Shown in pieces: positions 48,090 to 58,000 of a stretch of DNA of 64,000 nt (position 1 is its first letter; each line of letters opens with the position of its first letter). This DNA comes from Caldisericia bacterium. Its GTDB lineage: Bacteria > Caldisericota > Caldisericia > JAAYUI01. The notes below the pieces were generated by a model, which had not been told where the DNA came from, did no database searches, and worked only from the letters and a program-made list of their open reading frames with translations. The DNA lies in NCBI GenBank assembly GCA_963674785.1, contig OY771555.1, positions 1,152,001 through 1,216,000 of the forward strand, read 5' to 3'. Both the position numbers and the translations under genes were made by a program.

Positions 48090-48947
48090 GTGAGAAAAAT
48101 AATCCTTGTGTCAGTCGTGGCAGTTCTGCTTTTTTCGAGTTTAGGTGTTGTTTACTCTGAAGAAAAGCTTGATCTTGAAGAGCTGGTTTTGGTGACGGGT
48201 GGAATGGAAGTCGATTGGATTTACGACTTGCCAGAATCTGTAAGTGGCAAAATAACTGGAAAACTTTTGCATGATAGCTCCACCGACAAACAAATATGGG
48301 CAGGACAAGGGTGTATTAATGACTACTGTTTCATGGATGAGGGTGGTCCCGTTTCAGAGCTTGATGATGAGGACATAACGTGTCATTTAAGAGTTTTTAT
48401 CCCCAGTGAGTTGGAGATTGGTTCTGTTGCTAGTTTAGGAATGGATGTTTTCCATAACGGGAAAGAGTTTTATAACTCAAAACTTCATCTCCTTTCAATT
48501 CAACCGATTGAAGCAAATTTCACTATGGATAAAGAGGTTGTAAGAATTAAAGAGAAAGCAACCACAGGGTGTATCCCGATGGAAACTACAAGCGAAGAAA
48601 AAATCGTTTCTCCAGCAGCTCCTCAGATCAGAAATGGCAGGATGATGATACCGTTTAGACTTCTTGGTGAGGTTATCGGAGCTGAGGTTTCTTGGAATGC
48701 AACTACACAGGAAGCATCATATCAGCTTGGGCCAAAGAGAGTAATTTTGAAGAAGGGAATCCCAACAGCAAGAATTATCATGACATCAACTGATTCAAAA
48801 GTTGAGATGGAAACCGCCCCTGATATTATAAATGGAAGCACAATGATTCCGCTGAGATTTGTAACCGATATTCTTGGAGGAGATGTAACCTGGGATGATC
48901 CTACTAAAACAGCGATCATCAATTTCCCTGGATGTGGTGGTAAATAG
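48090..48947 (+). CDS. Secreted stalk-domain (copper amine oxidase N-terminal) protein
   Basis: GTG 48090 after GAGGT gives a signal peptide; NGRMMIPFRLLGE and NGSTMIPLRFV. Confidence 0.8.
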   Translation: MRKIILVSVVAVLLFSSLGVVYSEEKLDLEELVLVTGGMEVDWIYDLPESVSGKITGKLLHDSSTDKQIWAGQGCINDYCFMDEGGPVSELDDEDITCHLRVFIPSELEIGSVASLGMDVFHNGKEFYNSKLHLLSIQPIEANFTMDKEVVRIKEKATTGCIPMETTSEEKIVSPAAPQIRNGRMMIPFRLLGEVIGAEVSWNATTQEASYQLGPKRVILKKGIPTARIIMTSTDSKVEMETAPDIINGSTMIPLRFVTDILGGDVTWDDPTKTAIINFPGCGGK

Positions 48948-48963
48948 GGAATAAAGTATTGAA

Positions 48964-49374
48964 ATGAAAAAGCTGTTTGTTAACGAAAAAAACAGGATGA
49001 CGAAACAGAAGAGACTAATTTTGGAGATTCTTCGGGGCACAGATACTCATCCTACAGCCGATTGGATTTATTCAAAAGCCGTTTTGCAGATGGACACAAT
49101 AAGTAGGTCGACAGTTTATAGAAATCTTAACTCTTTGTTCGAATCAGGTTTGATTCAAAAGATCAATGTGGGTGATTCAGAAACCAGATTTGATGGTTCT
49201 ACCCATGACCATGTTCATTTGGTTTGTGATGTATGTGGTAGAGTAATCGATCTTCCCTATGAGAAGATAAGAATTAGCAAATCTAGAGTTGAGAAAGATA
49301 CAGGTTATCTTATCTCTTGCGTTGAGGTTGTACTTCATGGTGTGTGTGATGAATGCAACGAAGGGTTAGAATAA
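48964..49374 (+). CDS. Fur-family repressor, PerR-like
   Basis: HPTADWIY, TVYRNL, RFD, HDHVHLVCDVCGRVID, GVCDEC. Confidence 0.9.
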   Translation: MKKLFVNEKNRMTKQKRLILEILRGTDTHPTADWIYSKAVLQMDTISRSTVYRNLNSLFESGLIQKINVGDSETRFDGSTHDHVHLVCDVCGRVIDLPYEKIRISKSRVEKDTGYLISCVEVVLHGVCDECNEGLE

Positions 49375-49434
49375 CCCTTCTTATTCAATTTGGTCTAATA
49401 TTGTTTAATCAAAAAGTATTGTATACTTCTTCAT

Positions 49435-50127
49435 GTGAAAAAGAAGATTCTTATCATTGAAGACGATAGAGATATTGCTGAGCTTGAGTCGTTATATCTG
49501 GTCAAGGCAAATTTTGAAGTACATGTCTGTCCTGATGGAAACCATGCAATTACAGAGTGTAAGAAAACTAACCCTAATCTTATTATTCTTGATTTGATGT
49601 TGCCTTTTGTGGATGGTCTGACAATTTGCAAACAACTGAAGTACGACGATGAGTTAAGTAGCATACCAATTGTTATTGTATCTGCGAAAGGGGAAGAAGG
49701 TGACATAGTCAAAGGATTGGATCTAGGTGCAGATGATTATGTTACCAAACCTTTTTCCCCTTTGGAGTTAACTGCGAGAGTTAGATCTGTTTTAAGAAGG
49801 ACTTATGATACGGATTGTTATGATGGAATCGAACTAAGACGCGAATCTCTTATTTTAAACCCCAGAAGCAGAGAATTTAGGTTGGATGGCGAAAAGGTTG
49901 AATTGAGTGTCTCTGAGTTTGATACTCTAATGATGTTGATGAAGAGTCCGAATCGAGTTTTTACACGTAATCAGATCATCGACAACATCCATGGTGAAGA
50001 CTACATCGCAACCGATAGATCAGTTGATGTTTTGATTTCAGGGCTTCGGAAGAAGCTCGGTGATTCAAGGAAACTTATCAGAACCATCTGGGGAGTTGGA
50101 TACAGATTTGGAGCTCATGATGAATAG
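49435..50127 (+). CDS. OmpR/PhoB-family response regulator (PhoB/PhoP-like)
   Basis: IEDD, LDLMLP, GADDYVTKPF, RSVDV...LRKKL, TIWGVGY. Confidence 0.92.
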   Translation: MKKKILIIEDDRDIAELESLYLVKANFEVHVCPDGNHAITECKKTNPNLIILDLMLPFVDGLTICKQLKYDDELSSIPIVIVSAKGEEGDIVKGLDLGADDYVTKPFSPLELTARVRSVLRRTYDTDCYDGIELRRESLILNPRSREFRLDGEKVELSVSEFDTLMMLMKSPNRVFTRNQIIDNIHGEDYIATDRSVDVLISGLRKKLGDSRKLIRTIWGVGYRFGAHDE

Positions 50128-51856
50128 ATTTTTCTGGAAACTTTTTTTGCCAACCTTCTTGGTTACTCTTGTTTCGATACTTGGAGTTTTGTGGTTTGCG
50201 TTGGCTGTTGTTTCTGATTACCAGATCAGAAATACTCAATCCACTCTTTCTCAAAAGTCTGCTTTGATTTTTGATGAAGTTTCAAAAATGGTAAAATATC
50301 ACGATCCCGAGTTACAATTTTTTTGTGCGAAAAAGGGGATAAAATCTGGCACAAGGATAACAGTGATTTTAGCTGATGGAAGAGTTATTGCTGATTCTGA
50401 AAAAAACCCATTGGAGATGGAAAACCATATCAATAGAGTGGAAGTTGGACCCGCACTAACTGGTAGGGCTGCATCATCGTCAAGATACAGTAAGACATTA
50501 AAGAAATATATGGTTTATTACGCCGTCCCGATTCTTGATGAAATGGGAGAGGTGATAGCTATTCTGAGGCTTTCTTTTGCTCAATCAACGATATGGCAAT
50601 CGATTTCGATTCTAAAGCTTCAGATACTCATCGCAGGTCTTGTTATTATTATTCTAATAACACTTGTTAGCTTGTTTCAGAGTAGAAGATTTACTAAACC
50701 ACTGCTTGAGATTCGGGAGGGAGTAAAAAAAATTAGTAATGGGCATCTCAATGAAAAGATACCATTTTCAGGTATTTCAGAGTATGATGACCTCATTAGT
50801 TCAATCTCCTCGATGTCAAGCAGGATTAAACATTTGAATAAAGGTACAGATGAACAGGCTCAAGAACTCTCAGCGGTTATATCTAGTATGGGCGAGGGAT
50901 TGATTGCAATTGACCATGAAGATAAGATTTTTTATTCAAATGATCATGCTCTATCAATCTTTGAAATCACTGATTCAAATCCTGCTGGAAAACTCCTTGT
51001 AAAAGTGTTTAGAAATAAGCAGTTGATTGAAGTTGCAAAAAAAGTAAAAATAGAAAAAGATCCTGTTGTGCTGATGTCTGAAGTCCGAGATGGGAAGTAT
51101 ATCCAAATTAGAGGAACAGGGTTTGATAAAGGCATACTAATAGTTATCACTGATGTAACCGAAATCAACAGACTCAACAGAATCAGAAGTGAGTTTATCG
51201 CAAACGCCTCACACGAATTGAGAACCCCAATAACTGCTATAAAAGGTTTTTCTGAGGTTTTAAAAACAGAAGCATTAGATAAAGAGAAGTTCGATCACTT
51301 TCTTGATAGGATTTCACATAATTCGAACAAGCTCCAATCCCTCATAGATGATATGCTCAAACTTTCAGAGATTGAGAAGTGTGAACAAAAAAAGGATATT
51401 GGGACAACACGAGTAAATCTAAATCAAATTCTTGAATCATCCATTCTTTCACAAAAAACCCATGCTGAGAAAAAAGGCATCAAGATTTTAACTGATACTC
51501 CTGATGATTTCTTCCTTGAGGCAAATCCATTATTGATTGGAATTGTGTTTACAAATCTTATAGATAATGCGGTTAAATATGGTGGAGATGGGGGCGAAGT
51601 AAAGATAAAAACAGACAAGTTGCCAAATTCCAGAGTGAAAGTGTCTATTAAAGATTTTGGCGGTGGAATCCCCGTCGATGAGATGGAAAAGATATTTGAA
51701 AGATTCTATAGGATGAACAAACATAGGAAAATTCAAGGAACTGGTCTTGGATTATCAATTGTTAAGCACATTGTCATGTTGCATGGTGGAGAAATCGAGA
51801 TTGATACCTCGGTTTCAAAAGGTACAACATTCTCTGTGATTTTAAGGACTGTGTAG
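50117..51856 (+). CDS. PhoR-like sensor histidine kinase (2 TM, HAMP, PAS, HisKA, HATPase)
   Basis: ENHINRVEV (Firmicute PhoR NHxxRxE pattern), ASHELRTP, NLIDNAVKY, GTGLGL; start MMNRFF after GGAG. Confidence 0.9.
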   Translation: MMNRFFWKLFLPTFLVTLVSILGVLWFALAVVSDYQIRNTQSTLSQKSALIFDEVSKMVKYHDPELQFFCAKKGIKSGTRITVILADGRVIADSEKNPLEMENHINRVEVGPALTGRAASSSRYSKTLKKYMVYYAVPILDEMGEVIAILRLSFAQSTIWQSISILKLQILIAGLVIIILITLVSLFQSRRFTKPLLEIREGVKKISNGHLNEKIPFSGISEYDDLISSISSMSSRIKHLNKGTDEQAQELSAVISSMGEGLIAIDHEDKIFYSNDHALSIFEITDSNPAGKLLVKVFRNKQLIEVAKKVKIEKDPVVLMSEVRDGKYIQIRGTGFDKGILIVITDVTEINRLNRIRSEFIANASHELRTPITAIKGFSEVLKTEALDKEKFDHFLDRISHNSNKLQSLIDDMLKLSEIEKCEQKKDIGTTRVNLNQILESSILSQKTHAEKKGIKILTDTPDDFFLEANPLLIGIVFTNLIDNAVKYGGDGGEVKIKTDKLPNSRVKVSIKDFGGGIPVDEMEKIFERFYRMNKHRKIQGTGLGLSIVKHIVMLHGGEIEIDTSVSKGTTFSVILRTV

Positions 51857-51859
51857 ATT

Positions 51860-53128
51860 TTATGTTTTTATAGGCTCTTTGGTTCTTCTGACTATTGAGA
51901 GTAGTCTTAGCCCTGAAAAGCTTCCAGCACCGAAAAGTGATCCATACAGAAGAAATATTGTCCATGGTGCGGAAAGAACTGATGCAATGAAGCCAACAAG
52001 AAGATCGCCAAATGGTCTCAACCCCATCATTGCAATCGAGAAGAAGCCCATAACTCTTCCCGCATATTTTCTGTTTACAAGGAGTGGCAATATACTCCTT
52101 CCAAGACTATTTTGAGTTGCTATTGTAAAGCCAAACATGGCTAAAGCGATAATTGTAAGAGGAATTATTCCCAACCAGAGAGAAACTCCTACAAGTAAAC
52201 CTATTATTGGAAGCACAATTGCTGAGGTTGAAAATATTCTAACAGGGATGCCAAACCCCGCTTTTGTAGCAAGAAGGATTGCAGCAATAAGAGCTCCAAC
52301 ACCGATTGCTGATACCAAAAGCCCATACCCACTTGGGCCGAGATGAAGAATATCCTTTGCAATTCCTGGTAGTAAAACCTCAACACCATAACCAAGGATC
52401 GCTGCAGCTGAAATTATACTTAAAATCAGAACAGGTCTTGGTCTTCTGAACACATATTTTGCACCCTCCCTAAACTGTTTAAAAACATTGCCTTTTGCGG
52501 GTTGTCTTATTTGAGTTGTTTTAAGGAAACTCAGAACAATGAGGAATGGCACAGAAAGTAAGAATGCCACGATAAAAGCCCAAGCTGGACCAAACGAAAG
52601 AAACCAACCGGCAACAGCCGGACCTATTATTCGCCCGACATTCATAACGACTGATGCAAATCCACCTGCACTAACCATTTTCTCAGGACCAACTAAATCC
52701 ATTAGTAATGTTAGTTTTGATGGGAATTGCATCGCAACAGCGGCACTCTCTATCATGCCAATAATTACAAGAATTGGGAAGCTAAGTGTTTTTGTCCAGA
52801 TAAGAATTGAAAGAATCGGGTAAACTGATATTCGAATCGCTTGAAAATACAGAACGGTTTTTCTTCTTGTAAAAGCATCAGAAATTGATGTTGCAAATGG
52901 TGATAAAATGAGGAACGGGAGGGTTGAAAAAAAGCTTAGAATTCCGAGGCTCTCGTATGTCCCAGTGATGTCAAAACACAACCACTTGATCGAGGTGCCA
53001 AATATCCATGCACCAGGTATCCAGATTGCCTGACCAATGATATAGAGCCTATAATTAGGTTCCTTTAGCGCAGGAATCCAGTCCTTTACATTACTTACAA
53101 ACTTCTGAAGCCCAAGTGTTTTTGGCAT
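51860..53128 (-). CDS. MFS transporter (MFS_3 / H+ antiporter-like)
   Basis: About 12 TM; NYRLY..GQ, GRIIGPAVAG, AGRVMG. Confidence 0.88.
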   Translation of the reverse strand: MPKTLGLQKFVSNVKDWIPALKEPNYRLYIIGQAIWIPGAWIFGTSIKWLCFDITGTYESLGILSFFSTLPFLILSPFATSISDAFTRRKTVLYFQAIRISVYPILSILIWTKTLSFPILVIIGMIESAAVAMQFPSKLTLLMDLVGPEKMVSAGGFASVVMNVGRIIGPAVAGWFLSFGPAWAFIVAFLLSVPFLIVLSFLKTTQIRQPAKGNVFKQFREGAKYVFRRPRPVLILSIISAAAILGYGVEVLLPGIAKDILHLGPSGYGLLVSAIGVGALIAAILLATKAGFGIPVRIFSTSAIVLPIIGLLVGVSLWLGIIPLTIIALAMFGFTIATQNSLGRSILPLLVNRKYAGRVMGFFSIAMMGLRPFGDLLVGFIASVLSAPWTIFLLYGSLFGAGSFSGLRLLSIVRRTKEPIKT

Positions 53129-53174
53129 GCAATCTAATATACACCTGGGGGTATCCTATTAAAAGGATAGTTAT

Positions 53175-53936
53175 CTATTCCAGAAGAGATCTTCTCCATT
53201 CGGCGGAGGTTGCAAGGAACCCAAGTCCAAACGCAAGAATTATTCCGCCACCAAATCTAAACGGATCTCCACCATTCATTGAAATGAATGTGAAGTAAAG
53301 GTGATATCCAACAAGGATTATTGTGCCGATACTCCAAAGTAGCCATGGTAATGATAATCTTCCGCCCCACATTCTAATTGAGATCGCAAGAGCACCAGTA
53401 AACATGAAAAAGTCACCAACCAGGAAAAGCAAGGTGAAAATCTTTTCGGTTAGACCGCTATCTGCTGACCAGAGGTCGAGTACAATCACGAAAACAAGAA
53501 TAACAACAAAAATGATTACTATTATTGCCAGAAGAACTCTTATGTTGGTTCCGATCTTTGTTTCAATTATTCCCTGCTGATACCAGAATCCCCAAACGAG
53601 GAACATAAAACAGATCAAAATAAACGGGAAGGGGAGCACGCTTAAAAACTCGGCTGGATTTGGGATGAATACGAGTATTGCTCTAAGTATTTCTGCAATA
53701 ACAAGTGATGATGCACCAAGAGTAAAAAGCACCCATGTTTTTCTTTCAGGATTCCCAGTAGAAAATGTTCTGACAATCATTATTCCCGAAACCCATGCAA
53801 AAATTGATGGTACAAACAAAATCAAAGATTTTGCCCACATGCCGGAAACACTAGAATCCTTTGTTACCAAAACAAACGCTGAAAGGGCGAGAATCACTAC
53901 CCAAATCGATATAATCCATCCTGTTCTAAGCTTCAT
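53175..53936 (-). CDS. Polytopic membrane protein (about 8 TM), paralogue A
   Basis: PERKTW, GD, RMWGGRLSLPW motifs; GAGAGGTG RBS. Confidence 0.75.
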   Translation of the reverse strand: MKLRTGWIISIWVVILALSAFVLVTKDSSVSGMWAKSLILFVPSIFAWVSGIMIVRTFSTGNPERKTWVLFTLGASSLVIAEILRAILVFIPNPAEFLSVLPFPFILICFMFLVWGFWYQQGIIETKIGTNIRVLLAIIVIIFVVILVFVIVLDLWSADSGLTEKIFTLLFLVGDFFMFTGALAISIRMWGGRLSLPWLLWSIGTIILVGYHLYFTFISMNGGDPFRFGGGIILAFGLGFLATSAEWRRSLLE

Positions 53937-53977
53937 AAAACACCTCTCTACACATAGATATTGGATGAAATTATCAT

Positions 53978-54742
53978 TTATTCAAGTAATGATCTGCGCA
54001 TCTCACAAGCTGTTGCCATGATCGCGAGTCCAACCGCAAGCACGATGCCTGTGTATGATGCGAGAATGCTTTTTTGATAAATAAGGACATATGATGAATA
54101 CATATGGAACCCGATGATAAAAAGAGTGCCAATTGACCATACAAGCCATGGTTTTGCTAATCTGCCACCCCACATTCTAAACGAGATCGCAAGAGCGCCT
54201 GAAAACATAAGAAGGTCTCCGATTACAAATATGAGCATGAAAACTTTGAATGCGGTGTTTTTCTCTGAAACCAAAACCGGAGAAACGATTGCAAAATATA
54301 GGACAACTGCGAATACTCCAATAATTATCAAAAGCAGGATTTGGATGTTTTTTCCAACTGTTGTCTCGATTGTGGTTTGTTGATTCCAGAATCCCCAAAT
54401 AAGATATATGAAACAAATCAGTATAAATATATAAGGTACATAACCAATAATTGTATTGTCGGAAAGAGCTGGGATAAGATGAATGAGTCCCCTAAAAATC
54501 TCAGCAATAACCAAACTCAATGCACCAATAAATATTAGTTTCCATGTTTTTTTCTCAGGATTTTTAGTTTTAAATATTGAGTAGGTAGAATAGCTAGTTA
54601 TTGATGCAAGAACCGCTGGAATTAAGAATAAAAGAGCTTCTGCCCACAATGCCAAATTTGGTGTCAGCTTAAGAAGTGCAAGTACACATAAAAAAACGAC
54701 TACCGACCAAATAACAACCAACCATCCATATCGCAACTTCAT
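53978..54742 (-). CDS. Polytopic membrane protein (about 8 TM), paralogue B
   Basis: Start MKLRYGW after GAGGAG; colinear with paralogue A, both end RRSLLE. Confidence 0.75.
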   Translation of the reverse strand: MKLRYGWLVVIWSVVVFLCVLALLKLTPNLALWAEALLFLIPAVLASITSYSTYSIFKTKNPEKKTWKLIFIGALSLVIAEIFRGLIHLIPALSDNTIIGYVPYIFILICFIYLIWGFWNQQTTIETTVGKNIQILLLIIIGVFAVVLYFAIVSPVLVSEKNTAFKVFMLIFVIGDLLMFSGALAISFRMWGGRLAKPWLVWSIGTLFIIGFHMYSSYVLIYQKSILASYTGIVLAVGLAIMATACEMRRSLLE

Positions 54743-55011
54743 AGTGCTCCTCATCCTGCTCATACTAAAAATGAAAGGTCGCACTTCACATTCATGTAAA
54801 ACAACATTTGTCTTCAGGTGTATACGAGTTAGTACTAAGCTTTGTAATTTCTTCGGTCATTTTAATCGGAATTTGTTTTCGCACAATAAGAAAAAAATTT
54901 ACATTTTGTAAGTCACTTCACCCTTGGTTTTAAAAGGATTGTATTGAATATGTCATATTTAATTTAACCTAAATGTGTTTTTTCTTCCAGCAAACTTTAT
55001 ATAATGTATTT

Positions 55012-58000
55012 GTGAGAGCCTATGATGCCGGAGGATTGCCGGCTGTAATTGTTACAGATTGGCGAAAAGTGCTTTTCTCCAATTCGATTTTTCCTGAGCT
55101 AACAGGATTGGATGAAGTTGTCCTTATTTCTGATGATTTTCATAATTTCTTCGATTGTGATATTGATTGGAAAAGCATAAAAAAAATTGGGAGAGCGTCT
55201 CTAAAGTTTTACAACATCTTGGGTCAAAAAAAGTTTTTTGATGTTTATTGTAACGAATCCAATGGCTCTTATGTTTTGACACTTTTTGAATCTGGATTGG
55301 ATAAAAAAACGACTCAAAGTGAAAATCAGGGAATTGAAGAGTGTGGTAAGTTTTTGGAACTCGCACCGATCGGATTGTATAGAGCTACACCTGATGGAAG
55401 ATTGATTTCAGCCAATGAGACACTTGCAAAGATGCTAGGGTATGAGTCATCTGACAGGATGAATGTTGAGTTAAAATCTCTTGGTGCCCATATCGACCCA
55501 GCTCTTTTGGGTGAACGGGTAAAAAAATGGAAGAATATAAAGGAATTTGGCAAACCATTCGAATTCCAAGTCAGACGCTTAGATGGTAGCACAATCTGGC
55601 TTCGAGATCAGGGGAATCTTGAGTTTGACGAGAATGGTGAAATTGCCGTTATTGAGGGAATGCTTACAGATGTTACAGCCGAACACGAAATCCGTGAGCT
55701 GCTCTGGAATGTAAAAAGCAATCTTGAAGATACTGTTGAAGAAAAAGATAAGAAACTCATAAATGCTACGAGGAGGGAGAGAATTGTAGCTCGAAGGCTT
55801 AAAACAATTCTCGATAGCATTCCCGATGTTGCGTGGCTAAAAGACAAGAACTTCAATGTTATTGCTGCCAATCAATCCTATGTTAATCTTGCGGGTTTCT
55901 CATCACCTGACGATTGCCTTGGAAAAAATGATTTTGATATCTGGCCTGAAGAAATTGCAATGGTTTATCGGGGGAATGATATTGAGGTAGTTGAAAGTCG
56001 AAAGAAAATAGTTTTTGAAGAACCCATAATCACACCCGAAAAAAAGGTCTTATTCTATGAAACAATAAAACTGCCAGTCTTTGATGATCTTAACGAAATT
56101 ATTGGGATTGCCGGTATTTCAAGAGATGTTACATCAAGAAAAAGACAACAGGAAGAACTTGAAATCCTTGTTGCTGAAAGAACCAGAGACCTTGAAAGAA
56201 TAAATGAGCAGCTTCTTGAGGAGATAGAAGAACATAAGAGGTTGGAGGTTGCCTTAGATGAGAGCAATCAGAGGTTTAAAAATCTAATAAGGCTTTCACC
56301 TGATGTGATAATGGTTATTGATAAAGGTGGGCATATTCTCAGTTTCCAAAATGGACAAGGATATTTTCTCGATACCAATACGACAGAGATTCTGGATACT
56401 AAAAAAATTGAAGACTTCCCTTTCAAAAATGGTGCTGACGATTTAAATAGAGCTATTGATTCGATAGAAAAAGCAATTGAGTCAGGCAGACTTCAGTCCT
56501 TTGAATTTAGTGGTGTATTTGAAGATATTTGTAGGCATTACCAAGCCAGAATCGTAAAAAAAGATGCTGATTCGGTTGTTGTTTTTGCTAGAGATATAAC
56601 CGTTCTGAAAAATGCCCACATTAAAATCGAGGATTCTGAGAGAAAATTTAGAGACCTCTTCAATTTTTCTCCTGAACCGATGATAATTACTGGAATTGAT
56701 TCAAGAAAAATTGTTGATGTTAATGAAGCGATGTTGGATTTCATAGACAAGGATTCCGACGAAATAATTGGCTTGACTCTGTTAGAGTTTGTTGATAAGT
56801 GCAGTATCTTTTTGACTGAAGAGTCGCTTGATGCACTAAAAAATGCTCCTGAGAAAACGTCAAATCTTGAGATTGATTTTATCTATGGTGATTCTGGTGT
56901 GAAACACTCATTATATAGCAGCAGTGTTGTTTCTATAAATGGTGAATCCTGTATCATATCTGTTTTCAGAGATATAACGGAGAGAAAGCAGCAGCAGATC
57001 TTGCTGAATCAATCAAACATATTCTTGGATACAATGGTTTCAACTCTTCACGAGGTTGTTTTTGTAAAAGACTTAGAGGGTAGATATACTTATTACCGAT
57101 GGCCTGAATATGAAGGTCATCCTTCTTTTGATGTCTCAAAGCTTATTGGAAAAAAGATAGAAGAGATAGAAGTTAAACCTGACAGGATTGCTGAATCAAA
57201 TAAGGCATTCAATGATGTGATTGAATCAGGTTGCCCAGTTACATATTACACGAATCTCAAATTGAGTATCTCTGAATCCAATGAAGTGATGGAAGTCACC
57301 CTTTCTCCAATGAAAGATGCCGATGGGAACATAACAAGCGTTGTTGGTGTTGCGAAATCAATTACTGAAAAAGTTGTAGCAGAGCAACGTGTAAAGGTTT
57401 CTGAGGAAAGGTACAAAAAACTTTCTGAAGGCGTTAACTCTCCAATCTTTGTTCATGATGGTGAAAGATTTGTTTACTTTAATGCAGCTTTTTCAAAAGC
57501 TATTGGGTATTCCAGAGATGAGCTTGAGGAAATGGAGATATATAAAATCTTGCATCCTGATATGGTAGATCGAATGAAGGAACAGTTTAAAAAAAGGGTC
57601 GCAGGAGAGAGTGTTCCCATAAAGGGGCTTGTAAATATCATAACAAAATCAGGAGAGGAGCTGATTTGGGAACTTTTGATTTCTGGGACAGAGCTTGATG
57701 GCAAAAAATGCTCACTGATCTCAGCAACCGATATAACAAAACTGAAGAAAAAAGAAAAAGCACTAATCGAAAGCAGAAATAATTATGCACAGCTTGTAAA
57801 TGCTGTTCCGGATTTGATCTTTACAATCTCTGCTGAAGGGCGATATATTGAGTACAGGGCTATTGATGAATCTGACTTATACATCCCAAGTGATGAAATC
57901 ATTGGAAAAACTGTTTTTGACACTCTGCCTGAAAGTATTGCATCAGAAGTAATTGGAAAGATTAGAACCGTTCTTAACACAAAAGAATTTGTTGATTTTG

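Noticed and set aside
54790-54890. Faint resemblance to a c-di-GMP-I riboswitch on the minus strand (ACAAA...ACAAAGC...CTAA)
   Set aside because: Conserved G/C positions and convincing P2/P3 pairing are missing
10968-55011. N-terminal extensions in the ORF track (10968, 13996, 14679, 21122, 25251, 48048, 50060, 54784, 54973)
   Set aside because: Downstream in-frame starts have better SD or -10 spacing and restore signal peptides or paralogue colinearity
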